Below are positions 12,001-21,600 of a DNA stretch of 64,000 nucleotides, piece after piece; positions within the stretch are counted from its first letter, which is position 1; every line of letters starts with the position of its first letter. The stretch covers positions 25,589 to 89,588 of IMG/VR virus record IMGVR_UViG_3300037520_001064. One strand, given 5' to 3'. The translations under genes and the position numbers were made by a program. The notes under the pieces were generated by a model. The model was not told where the DNA came from and ran no database searches. It saw only the letters and a list, made by a program, of their open reading frames with translations. The DNA comes from a virus.

Positions 12001-15000
12001 TTCACTGATAGAGCTTCTCGTAAAAAGATTGCTTATGCAGATGCTACAGATAAACAAGCTGAGGAAAGAATAATGGATGACTTCTCTGAGTTTAGAAAAG
12101 GTAAATTACCTGCTAGATCATTAGGAGAAAAAGTTCGTAGATTCTTTAAAGCTATAATGGATTTCTTTAAATCATTTGTAGTTAAACCTTCTTTGAAAGA
12201 AGAATTCTTTAAATCAATTGAATCAGGTAAGTTTAAAGAAAGAACATTATCTGAAGAATCAATTAACCCATTCTCTGAATACAGTAGAGTATCTCAGCTA
12301 ACTGCACAACAAGCTAATAACTTTGTACAGGATATGACAGCAAGAGCTGCTGGTATATTATTTAGAGAAGGAGATAAGAGTCTTTTATTTAATCCTGAAA
12401 GAATCACTGGAACAGAAATGTTTGGTAAGATTGAGGATATGCTTATTGAAGAAGGTAGAAGACAATTACTAAGTGATAAAACATGGGAAGATCTTAAACA
12501 AGAAGTGAGAGATCAATTGCGTACAAGAGGTATCAACTTTAATGATGAAGATGTACAAAGCATTAATAATGAAGAATCAAATAAAAATGATTATGCTGCT
12601 GAGCCATTCACATTAGATACTAAGAAGAATTCTGCTCCTGCAGTTAAGTTCTTATGCTCTACAGTGATTGAAAGAAAACCTACTAATCAAGAAAGTGCTA
12701 TTACATTAAACACTCCTCTTGAATCTAAGTTTTCTGAAATGACTATTGGAGGCAACACAATTCAAGGATACAAACTTATGAACTTTAGTAGAGTGTTCTC
12801 TACGTTATTAGATAAACTTTCTAATACATCTAACGTTCGTGAATTTACAAATAAACTATTTGACTTAGCTCAGAATGATGCTAACTATGTAAGTATATTC
12901 CAAAAGATAGGTGGTAAAAATAAGGTGGTTCCATTTAGTGAATTCAATGATAATGACTGGAGATTATTTGTTCAGTTCATTCAAACATTTGCTAGACAAA
13001 AACCAAATGCATTAATTCAATACAAATCTTCTGATAGTGTTTACACAGGAGCTGCTAATTTATTTACAGCTATTCAACAAACAGAGAATGAATGGATGAC
13101 AAACATTCAAACCTTAGCTAAAGGAGATGGTGAGATAGTTAAGTATGTAAATAATACATATGTAATAGATCAAGTTGCACTTAAAGCAATGCCTATAAGA
13201 AAACCTAAACCAATGATAGCAATGTTAAATGCTATTGGTGTTACATTTGATTATGATACATATGTTAAATTAAAAGCAAACGATAAACTTGACTTTGCTG
13301 AACAAGTAGAAAGTATATATGGTTACTTTGGAAGTAACAATGATTTAATGACTATTTCTGGTAAGACATTAGATATTGGTGGACCATTATCTACATTGGC
13401 TGAACTATATAACAAAGTGAACAATCCTTCACAAGAGAGTACATACTTTGGTGTAGAGGGACAACGTATTGGTGCTTTCTCTGAAAACAATACACCATCT
13501 GTATTTGAGAATGAATTTAATGAATCAGCAACTATTGATCAATTAAAACAATCAAGACCTGAATTAAATGATGTGTTCTCTACAGGTAGTCAAGTCTTGA
13601 AAAAAGGTGGATTGTTCTATGATAAGGATGGAAACAAAATAAAAGATTTCAAAGTTTCTGTTATACAAGGAGAAGAAAATCAAGATGATGATAAAGGTAC
13701 TTCTACATCTAAATTAACAATAGGTGATAGATTTACAATGGAAATTAATCAAAACCTTAATGGTAAATATTACATCCTTATTCCTGCAGATGGATCTACA
13801 GAATGGATGATGAACATTGGTAACAATGTTTCATTTGATTCTATAGCAAGAAACTCTTACAAAGATATCAATGCTATCTTCAAAGGATATTTAATGGATG
13901 ATATTAACTTAGCTTTAGATTATGCAAATAGAGAGAAGCTATTGAATGTTACTGATGATTTTGAAAATCTTGATAAAGCAAAAGAGTTACGTTTCTTTAA
14001 AGATATACTTGCACCTGATAATCTAGAAGCAATCAATGGAATGATTCAAGATGGAAGAACTCTTGAAGAAATTACAGCTTATGTAAATGAGAATATATCT
14101 GATATTAATAATTCTGTAAAAGAATTTATTGATGCAATGACTGTAGAAACAAAAAGTATTCTTCAGGTAAATCAAAAAATTCAACAACAAAATGAAGATA
14201 GATTTGTTTATCAAGATCTTGATGACAACTTCCTTAAAGCTGAATCATTCAATAAGAATAACTTATCTAATAATGACATCAATAATATTCTAACTTATGC
14301 TAATGTTAATTACATTATTGCTAACATAGAGTTTCATAAAATATTATTTGGTGATCCATATCAATTTGCTATTAAGAAAAATGGTGCGTTAGATGAAACT
14401 AAACGTATTAAGTCTTTCTTATCTCCAAGAAGAACAACATTTGATAGCCCTGAATACAATACGTATTTAAACAATAATGTAAACAATGCTAATGGTATTC
14501 AATTAAAAGAATACAAATACAATCCATACACTGAAAAATGGGAAGGAGATCCAGGATACCACGTACATAAATCTCACACTGATACAATCACTGTAAAAGA
14601 TATTAAAGTGGCAGGTAGTCTTTCTGCTATCAATGAATTGTATGGAAATACAAATGAGGCAGATGCTGTTTCATGGTTAATGGATACAACACACAGAGAG
14701 ATTAAACTTAAGAATGGACAATGGGATTTACAAGGGCCAGAAGAAAAATGGTTCCAATGGGAAATGGCTTACACAAGACAAAACTTCCCTGGGTATGAAT
14801 ATAGTAATGAAGCTTTAAGAACACAAGATGCTGAGCTTGTAAACACTCCACGTCCTAAATATACAACAGAGATATTAAAACCTATTGTATCTGGAAACAA
14901 AGCAAACAAGAATAACTTTGATCTTGTATTAGATAAGTTCTCTCAAGTGCCTATCTACTTTAGTATGGTGAAAGGAACTAACCTTGAGAAGCTATATGTT

Positions 15001-18000
15001 CAAATGAAGAAACAAGGAATAGGTTATGCTATTGTTGAATCAGGTAGAAAGGTAGGAGCACAAGAGTTACACAGTCTTTATAATGGAGATGGTTCATTTA
15101 ACAATGAAGCTTTCTCTGATGCATCTATTGTACAGGTTCCTTGGAAAGCTTATGGTATCCAAGTTGAAACAGCTACCACTGATAACAAGTCACAAACCAG
15201 AGGATCTCAAATTACTAAGATTGCAAGTATAGATTTATTTGACAATGGTGTTCCAACAAGTCCTGAAGCTGCAAAAGAATACAAACGTAACACAGACCTT
15301 CTTAATAGAATGCATCAAAATGCATACAATGAACTTCTTAACAATTTAGGATTGGAAGATCTTAATAATGGTTTTGTAATGAAGAATGGTAGAAATGTAT
15401 CTGAAACATTAATGAGAGAGATGATGAGAAGAGAAGTTTCTAATAATACAAAACAAACCATCAAGCTTAATACTGAAGACCAGTTCATGATTCCATTTGA
15501 AGCTTCTCCTTCTTATGTACAGATTAGAAGTATTCTTTATTCAATGATTGATAAAGCTATTGGTTCTCCTAAAGTGAGTGGTGGATCACATGTACAAATG
15601 CCTGCAACAATGCTTGAGTCTATGACTAAAGGTAGAAGTATTGCTATGAAGAACAAGGAAGGTGTTTGGGAGAAGATCTCTAAAGAGAAGTATGAAACAT
15701 TAACTGATGCAGAAAAAGCTGGTGTAATGCTTACAGACGATAGTCTTAAGTTTTATGTAGATAAAGATGGTGAACGTTATTGTGAAGTGTTACTTCCTCA
15801 TTGGTTCAAAGATAAATTCAAAAACAAATTCAAAACAGATAAAGAGTTATTGAAATATCTAAATGGTACACCAGAAGGACGATCAATTCTTTCTGGTATT
15901 GGATTTAGAATTCCTACACAAGCTCTTTCTTCTGCTGAGGTGTTCAGAGTGAAAGGATTCCTTCCACAATATATGGGAGCTACAGTGGTAGTACCTTCAG
16001 AAATCACTACTAAATCAGGATCGGATTTTGATATTGATAAGTTGAATATGTACCTTAAGTCTGTGTATGCAGATAGAACAGGTAATATTAAACTTGTTAG
16101 ATTACAGGGTAATGAAGAGAACACAAAAGACTTCTATGGTAAAGTGTTTGATGATACCCTTGGTGTTAAACAAATGAAGAAAGCTGATCTTCTAGAAGCA
16201 TTAGATATTGTTGTTTATGGATTAGAAGATCCTAAAGGATTACTTAATGTATATGGAGATTATATTAAATCTAAAGAAGAGCAATATGAAAATCCATATG
16301 AGTTCAGAGATTTAATTGAAAAAGATCTTAACAAGTTAACAGACACAAACTTACAAGCGGAATTGCGTGCTGAGTATGTAAAAGATATGTATAAGAAAGC
16401 TCTTGAGAATGAATACTATGATAGTCTTGAGAAACTTCTTACACTTCCTGAAAACTTCCAAAGACTTGTAACTCCTGTAGATGATGCTGGTTTAAAGAAA
16501 GTTGCTGGAGAATTAGATAAGTTAAGAGGAATTGATGAGAATAAAATTCCAAATAGAATTCTTAACAGAAACTACATGACCAATTTAAGAAACTCATTCC
16601 TTATGGGTAAAAGATGGGTTGGTGTTGTAGCTGTAAATATTACAAATCTTTCATTAAGACAGAAGATACAATCATATATTGATCCTACTAAGTTTGCTGG
16701 TTTATCTAAAGAGGACCAAGAACTATTAGGTGATGGAACTGTTGTATTAAAACATAACACTACATTAGTGAATGGTGAAGAAAGAATTTCTTTAGGTGGT
16801 GTAAGAACTGCTGATGGAACTGACCAATTAATCTCTAACAGATTATCTGGATATGCAACAGCTGTAGTGGACGTAGCTAAGGATGACTTTATTACAAGAA
16901 TTATTAAATCAAATCTTGCTATTGGAACATTCATGTTCTTAGAGAATATTGGTGCAGGAGAACAATCTATATACTTCTTGAACCAACCAATCATTACAGA
17001 ATATTTAAGAATTGTAAATGCTACTAATTCTTCTAATCTTTTCTATGAAGATAATATTCAAGCTGTTAGATCATTTTTTCCTACAACAACTGCAGAAATT
17101 GCTGATGCTAATATAAATGTAGATGGATTAAAAGGTAATATATCTAAATATGCTACTGGTAAATTAACTACAAAAGAAAATGGTGAACAACATGCTATTC
17201 TTAAAGAGTTCTTGAAGTATGCTAAGATGGCTGAATACAATTTTGATTTCACACAAGCTACTAACTACGATACAAGTAGATATGGATCTGGAGATATGTT
17301 TGCAAGAAAACAATTACAAACACAGAAAGCTAATGATGTAAACATTATTTCTTCTGCAAAAGAAATTCTTGATAATACATTCCTTGGAAATCAAGCTAAG
17401 TTTCTTGCTGCATCTATGCAAGCGATGGGAGCTATATTTAAATTAGAACAAGACCATCTTAGAATTATCACAGAGGATATAATGAAAACATATGCTAAGA
17501 ATAAATATCTTAGTGTAGATAACTTTAATAAGATATCTAACAAAGCTAAGATGGCATTCTTAGATTACATTATACAAACTAAAACAGGTATTAATGGTAG
17601 AACAGAAGATCTTCTTGTTAATGCAAAAACATCTGTTGCTAATAGATTAGAAGTTGCTAAAGAGAAATATCCTGAAATACAATTGTTAAAAGACCTACAG
17701 GTTGTTCCTTCTGAAAGAGAGAATGGAGCTAAGAGTGTTATGCTTAGAGCTAATATCAAAGATGCATATGATGAAGATCTTTATGTAGATATGATGAGAG
17801 AGCTTAGAGATTATAATGCTGAGACAAAAGTGTTATATAGAAACTTGATTGCTATTGCTCTTTTACAAGGAAGTTATCAATCAGCTATATCTATTAAGAA
17901 TATTATTCCTATAGAAGACTATGCTGCTGTAGTGGCTCCTGTTGTTAATTCTATTTCTTCTGATGAAACATTGCAAGCATTTGTTGATGGAATGTTCCAA

Positions 18001-18675
18001 AGAAATAACTTCAATGATACATTCATTATGCCTAGAGTTACACCTTTCTTTAAACCTAAGAGTGGAAATACATCTCAAGCAATGGCACAAATGATTGATC
18101 CAAGTGTTCAGGTTGGTTATTACTCTTCTTCTTTCCCAGAAATTAAATCATTAAATCTTCAAGCAATAGATAGACAAGTCTTGGTGATTGGAGATAAGTA
18201 TAATCAAAAAGCTATGAACAGTGACTATGTTGCTGTACCTAGAGTGGTGAAATTGAAAAGTGGTGTAAGAATTGATGTGCTAACTGGTAACACAGTTACT
18301 GCTGCTAACTATGCTGCTAGAAAGAAAAAAGGAGACTACTCATTAAATGATGTACTTGGATATAAGAGAGTGTTTTTATCTACAGGAGAACCATTAAGAA
18401 TACCAGATAAAAAAGGATTTCCACAATCTGTATACAAATTAGTAAATCTTTATGGAGATGGTAATAGAGCTACAGAAAACTACACAGATTTCAGACCTTC
18501 TATAATTGACAATGGTACATTGAAAACAACAAAAGAATTAAATGATGTAGATATTGTTAGCTTTTATGGTGGTGAAGTTGTAGAAAATAATGTATCTTTA
18601 CCAGCAGAAGTACCTACACAAGAAAACAAACCAGATGGGCTTCCACCTATTGACAGAACTAATGAAACATGTTAA
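6001..18675 (+). CDS. Giant virion-packaged DNA-dependent RNA polymerase (crAss-like, phi14:2 gp66-type) with extra domains
   Basis: 4224 aa. Catalytic-type GSDFDIDKL (DFDID at 16024-16038) is preceded by GFRIPTQ. An HExxH motif (EYHEIGH, about 11905) suggests a zincin-like domain, and the N-terminal region is Gly/Ala-rich and hydrophobic. Confidence 0.88.
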   Translation: MPIFDNELIDNVSDRLDNEIRLPQAPLGSPDLMEINTNMGGNWGLSDKSNRGLSMDELAKVQAPDQISFDAPFSSVSRKTLLENQRYPMYQRDVDLENIYGLQQSWYSSLGSGVVKGLGNLAGTFAQSFTNIPNTISAIRNGNMSDLAGDPDGYEGGIDTWLKNMEDYLPNYLTREEKLHPYRAMIPGFAGSANFWGNSVIKNLGFMGGSIAGAVVQDMAVGAVTEGIGAFPLIGSQIGRAALWMNKIAGGTNKIDDVLNLAQTLGKSEKQLLKIQQLGQLAQSQKVLNGARYGIVTWGAAQTEAGVEARDGYRQVKDTLIQTYKDTHFGEEPTGIDLQQIENYSTDAMNTRFGINMALLTVSNAIQFDNLFKSVTTAQRGVTGSLTRNITEAGKIGLKEGSLDTFERKAVTGFGNRMWDKVKPVLPNIFAEGVYEEGGQFAAERGTYDYYTRKYKNLNNPVNKENWDTLKEVTESTTYGLAEQFNTTEGITSMIIGGITAALVGGGQRMYDKAKGQGSDKRLNSSINMLNRYGMTGILSNKYDNTLNSIGIAKEMEEAAASGNVFNYKNLKHDMFYNFVQSRIPSGMHDVTIEQLNMLKDLSKEDFEKTFGMDFNTSTQKTVNSYVDSLINKANEIKKTSDAVNSTFQNPFKNYIDPTPEQELENDKYDTFESWKTDLTYFATIKDDVNQRLNSIQDNVTNINPLVTNDMLANLTSKSSLQELSRSYEEQANQLLNTITDYTTPADKKAIREQVKALRTQSEKINLALNNGGPLDLKTFHSLLNFELNNQYSTKDDVVGLENSSQLYIYGVDINKNNEHKKIASDAFDKLSSEKGFDKYFKQAEEVNEETAELNDKEGAPVPTFVNEEKQKEELEVGREYEVRATKKASIKKIADGRYQVTAPDGTVSFHKTRKEAVEESKDLTDENTNLSKVKVLALNDDGTVKVEDVNGDILNIDPKRLRGYKRLETDQEKLQKNKEDIAREQTELEHNSGTVASVSSEGVENVKESRLPDAEILFLSSSSPSEEDSPTVAAAPHITNSREFLNNVASMPNRSKLRSILITSKQAAGLQLDGIVQMSYEKDLSTDVNTIEGVNDINSGWVAQVFVEQDVDGLFFVDKDGNRIGKVGEAGTDLNKIIFQTMRTTSLFNRSGQPRYRKEQQAEAEAYSKAWGEYRKTLFEAGATEFPTFEFSVSNGIPIELRDANGLKEKNHVGDVLIDEALIPNQANLIVIPTTGTIVNSKGEIQKTPNGVPVLQYGDTIAFLNNRMFNNREAAGVYEVIRRLADAAVEQANTGQRVTLNRQFTTFLQNVLYWKSKDATTSPNQIRIDIESMSLKLGDKSYPLSDIAQYEEQIKDHLTEKAFISVNNKTLKDFAQAPFEEWYINQDGQFVSSKWTNYQTFLLANKYPSGKARPMGDTPLSTSIAKPIPGRPYSFKQRYSTIAEPDNFNVQIITPAQKAKEEAPAGVEVPTLGEYVVDGKTSNPYIIDAGPVQFTAVEDADGNFNVEVESNETTKKLFENKPTFEKIKDALKAANKFDASIPLEEEEKYITDYLALRISAELSKLKAEAPAQEAPVAEEVSDIDAKKAEIERTINNLPDNLLFITHITSEGNAINIYNDNLLMPAGVSSTTGIVNKEQLKQILFDLAEGKSSHRGYLDLFLGAIDRTTLENTNGKTLQDKLENYLDENFIEDVAKTQLPSSLNIGYFTDGVLNTKYDTKTSEDKKADIEKRRQAELEENKKLSVQDLKTKVAEEFDTLEETKNKLKEEVSDDTSLSEQDKELLTTAIDGVFNIPGSNPYIIDDYEGYAAYDPKKFEDYMAYNFPNLTKDQIRDVLSKRIEQIATQHSASLLASLEGPSGLPNNLAELNADKINAKYDAELAALESEDKPDVPVQKKPGGDFRKVGLDENERMTEAELELFKEWHAEKVPFIPFEVLENLIDTYDGEKAWGAFENGVAKFVRGGLRGTEYHEIGHAIFKGMLSPEEQRALLDEFKSKSGTFTDRASRKKIAYADATDKQAEERIMDDFSEFRKGKLPARSLGEKVRRFFKAIMDFFKSFVVKPSLKEEFFKSIESGKFKERTLSEESINPFSEYSRVSQLTAQQANNFVQDMTARAAGILFREGDKSLLFNPERITGTEMFGKIEDMLIEEGRRQLLSDKTWEDLKQEVRDQLRTRGINFNDEDVQSINNEESNKNDYAAEPFTLDTKKNSAPAVKFLCSTVIERKPTNQESAITLNTPLESKFSEMTIGGNTIQGYKLMNFSRVFSTLLDKLSNTSNVREFTNKLFDLAQNDANYVSIFQKIGGKNKVVPFSEFNDNDWRLFVQFIQTFARQKPNALIQYKSSDSVYTGAANLFTAIQQTENEWMTNIQTLAKGDGEIVKYVNNTYVIDQVALKAMPIRKPKPMIAMLNAIGVTFDYDTYVKLKANDKLDFAEQVESIYGYFGSNNDLMTISGKTLDIGGPLSTLAELYNKVNNPSQESTYFGVEGQRIGAFSENNTPSVFENEFNESATIDQLKQSRPELNDVFSTGSQVLKKGGLFYDKDGNKIKDFKVSVIQGEENQDDDKGTSTSKLTIGDRFTMEINQNLNGKYYILIPADGSTEWMMNIGNNVSFDSIARNSYKDINAIFKGYLMDDINLALDYANREKLLNVTDDFENLDKAKELRFFKDILAPDNLEAINGMIQDGRTLEEITAYVNENISDINNSVKEFIDAMTVETKSILQVNQKIQQQNEDRFVYQDLDDNFLKAESFNKNNLSNNDINNILTYANVNYIIANIEFHKILFGDPYQFAIKKNGALDETKRIKSFLSPRRTTFDSPEYNTYLNNNVNNANGIQLKEYKYNPYTEKWEGDPGYHVHKSHTDTITVKDIKVAGSLSAINELYGNTNEADAVSWLMDTTHREIKLKNGQWDLQGPEEKWFQWEMAYTRQNFPGYEYSNEALRTQDAELVNTPRPKYTTEILKPIVSGNKANKNNFDLVLDKFSQVPIYFSMVKGTNLEKLYVQMKKQGIGYAIVESGRKVGAQELHSLYNGDGSFNNEAFSDASIVQVPWKAYGIQVETATTDNKSQTRGSQITKIASIDLFDNGVPTSPEAAKEYKRNTDLLNRMHQNAYNELLNNLGLEDLNNGFVMKNGRNVSETLMREMMRREVSNNTKQTIKLNTEDQFMIPFEASPSYVQIRSILYSMIDKAIGSPKVSGGSHVQMPATMLESMTKGRSIAMKNKEGVWEKISKEKYETLTDAEKAGVMLTDDSLKFYVDKDGERYCEVLLPHWFKDKFKNKFKTDKELLKYLNGTPEGRSILSGIGFRIPTQALSSAEVFRVKGFLPQYMGATVVVPSEITTKSGSDFDIDKLNMYLKSVYADRTGNIKLVRLQGNEENTKDFYGKVFDDTLGVKQMKKADLLEALDIVVYGLEDPKGLLNVYGDYIKSKEEQYENPYEFRDLIEKDLNKLTDTNLQAELRAEYVKDMYKKALENEYYDSLEKLLTLPENFQRLVTPVDDAGLKKVAGELDKLRGIDENKIPNRILNRNYMTNLRNSFLMGKRWVGVVAVNITNLSLRQKIQSYIDPTKFAGLSKEDQELLGDGTVVLKHNTTLVNGEERISLGGVRTADGTDQLISNRLSGYATAVVDVAKDDFITRIIKSNLAIGTFMFLENIGAGEQSIYFLNQPIITEYLRIVNATNSSNLFYEDNIQAVRSFFPTTTAEIADANINVDGLKGNISKYATGKLTTKENGEQHAILKEFLKYAKMAEYNFDFTQATNYDTSRYGSGDMFARKQLQTQKANDVNIISSAKEILDNTFLGNQAKFLAASMQAMGAIFKLEQDHLRIITEDIMKTYAKNKYLSVDNFNKISNKAKMAFLDYIIQTKTGINGRTEDLLVNAKTSVANRLEVAKEKYPEIQLLKDLQVVPSERENGAKSVMLRANIKDAYDEDLYVDMMRELRDYNAETKVLYRNLIAIALLQGSYQSAISIKNIIPIEDYAAVVAPVVNSISSDETLQAFVDGMFQRNNFNDTFIMPRVTPFFKPKSGNTSQAMAQMIDPSVQVGYYSSSFPEIKSLNLQAIDRQVLVIGDKYNQKAMNSDYVAVPRVVKLKSGVRIDVLTGNTVTAANYAARKKKGDYSLNDVLGYKRVFLSTGEPLRIPDKKGFPQSVYKLVNLYGDGNRATENYTDFRPSIIDNGTLKTTKELNDVDIVSFYGGEVVENNVSLPAEVPTQENKPDGLPPIDRTNETC

Positions 18676-18678
18676 GCT

Positions 18679-21600
18679 ATGCCTTGTAAAATTCAAATAA
18701 AAGAAAACATTACTCGTAACATTGAGCAAAGAACAGATGGTGCATTTAATAAGCGTCTAGATGTAGCACAGTCTATAGCTAGAAGTGTTAATGCTGACTA
18801 TGGAACAACTGTTGTAAGATTTGTTCAAAAAGATGTTGACTTTATAGATAGAGAAATAATTATCCCTCAAGAACTAATTGATAGATATTATGATCATGAA
18901 CTATTTCTTGAAGAAGAAGAAGCTCGTGGTGTTCAACAAGAGGATGCTGCAAGAGCTGGTGAAGAATTCTCAGATGAATATATGTTCCAAAAAGAAGAAG
19001 GACCTATACCAACAATTGCTTCTCCACAAACTCTATCATTAATAAAAGACTTTCTTAAGAACATTGGTGTAGATATAAAATTAATGGACAATATTGTAGT
19101 CAATGGTATTAAGCAAGATGCTAATGCTGTTGCACTACTTACACAAAAACTTATTCAAGTGGTGAATGGTAAAGAAGCATCAGCTCTTCCAGAAGAGGCT
19201 ATGCACTTTGCTGTTGCTATTATCAAACAAACTAATCCAGCTTTATACAAGAAGTTGATGGGTGAGATTAATAGCTATGCTATAATGAATGAAGTGTTTG
19301 AATCATATGGTAATGACCCTGCTTATCAAATAGATGGTAAACCAAATGTAATCAAACTTAAAGAAGAAGCTATTGCTAAAGTGTTAGTTGAAACTATCAT
19401 CAATAATAATGAGAACAATACAGAGAAACCAGAACGCATTGCAAATGCTGAATCTTGGTGGGATCAGATTGTTAATTATTTGAAAAACTTATTCAGTAAG
19501 AGTGGCTTTGATATGGCTGCTATGAAGATTATCAATGGTGAAGCAATTGGTACAGTTGAAGATATTAGAGAGAACGCAGGAGAGATGTTCTTTCAATTAT
19601 CTAAACAAGAGAAGATTGTTAATGGCATTAAAGATGTATCTAACAGAATTGAAAAGAAAACTGTTAAGAATGAACTTGGTGGTGAAGAAGAAAAGTATTT
19701 CATTGATGGTAAACAAATTAAAAACAGAGTTAGCAACATCATTAAAACTTGGTATGATGAAATACGTGCACAAGATGCATTAACTGATTCTGAATACAAG
19801 AAAGCAATCAATGCATTAAAAGCTGATAAAGGTACTGCAGGTCATAAAGACTTTGAATATGCATTCAGTCTATTTGTAGATGAGAATGGTAAGCTGAAAA
19901 GTAAAGATGAAATAGATCGTGCTGTACTAACTGATAATCATGTATCATTTATTGATCCAAACAATAACACTATCTACGAGATGCTAAGAGATAATCTTAG
20001 AGCACGTATGGAAACTTTCCCTGCAGAAACTGTGTTTATGTCTGAGGTGACAATCTTTGATCCTAGAAGAGATGTTGCTGGTACAGTGGATTTCTTAGCT
20101 GTCACTCCTGAAGGAAAGGTTAATATACTTGACTGGAAATTTATTGGACTTGATACAATGAGATATCAAGATGTTCCTTGGTATAATGTTGCTTCTTGGG
20201 ACAGACAGATGAAACAATATAAATCTATCATCAAAGATAACTATGGTGTAGATATTAAAGACTTCGAACAAACTAGAATGATTCCTATCAGAGCAGTTTA
20301 TTCTGAAGCAAACCCACAAACAAAAGTGTTACCAAGATTATTGGAAATAGAAATAGGAGATGTTAATGTTAAAAACATTAAACAAGACTATTTGATTCCT
20401 GTTGGTGTAGCTGGTGAAAAAGTTATCATTGAAAATGACAAAGCTGCTACTAAGAAAATTAATGTTATTCTAGATAAACTAAATGACATATATGCAAAGT
20501 TAGCTGAGCAAAAAGCACTACCATCTGAGAGACTAAATAAAGCTGAGCAATTAAATGCTCTTTATTCTGCAATCAGACAATTACAAATGAGACAAGATAT
20601 TGGTCCTTTATTATACCAATCTAAGATATTGAATGTACAGATACAAAGTATAATCAATACATACAATGAAAAGTTTCAAGGTAAAGAAGGATTCAGTGAA
20701 CAAGAAATAGGAGACTTCACTAAATCATTAAGACTTGCTGAAGATGCATTACAACACTATCTAACATTAGATACAGATCTTGACTTCTTATTTGAAGGAA
20801 AACTATCAGATGAAGAGAAAGAACTAAAAGAAGAGTTAAGAGATACAGCATATCAATCAAGAAAACTTAATGATAATCTATCTGACATATTTACTGAATT
20901 CACTGTTGAACAAATTGGTGGTACAGAAAAAGGAGAGAAAGTTATAAAAGGTATATTCTCTAAATGGTTAGGTACAACATCTACTATTCAGTTAAAAGGA
21001 ATGGCCACATTATTTCAAAAAGCTAATGCTGCTTTTGGACGTGCTGGTATGGACACACAAACTGAGGTGGCTAGATTAACTAAATTAAAAAGTGAATATC
21101 AAAAATGGGCTTCTAATAAAGGGTTAGGTCCTAAGACCATGTTTAATATAATTAGAAAGAAAAATTCTAATGAATTAATTGATGAATACCAACCTGAATT
21201 CTATACAGAATTAAAAAGAGCTACAGATAAAAATGTTAAAGATATCAAATGGATAAAAGATAACATTGATGTAGAAGCTTATAGAAAATATCTTGAAGAG
21301 AAAAGACAAGAAGAATATGCTAGAATAGATAATCTTCCTAGACTTGGTACTCAAGAACAAAATGAATATGACATTGCTGCTGAGAAAGCTAAGGTTGCTT
21401 CATTATATAGTATTGCAGGAGACAATGCTGTTGGTTGGTTATTGTATAGAGAAGCTAAAAAATTCCCTAAAGAAAAATGGCAATCTGAAGAATGGAAAGA
21501 ACTGCATAAGAAAGATGCTGCTGGTAATTATGTAAACAAACCTGCTCTTGATTTCTACAATTATATAATAGAAAGAAACCAAGCATATGCAGACATAGGA

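Noticed and set aside
18593-18600. TATCTTTA near the RNAP 3' end as an internal promoter (similar octamers at 48334 and 62476 on the - strand)
   Set aside because: It deviates from TAnnTTTG and is likely to occur by chance in AT-rich DNA; plausible but unsupported without TSS data.
6001-18675. Intein or intron in the RNA polymerase explaining its size
   Set aside because: The frame is uninterrupted, and I saw no intein splice motifs or LAGLIDADG pattern; the extra length looks like accessory domains.
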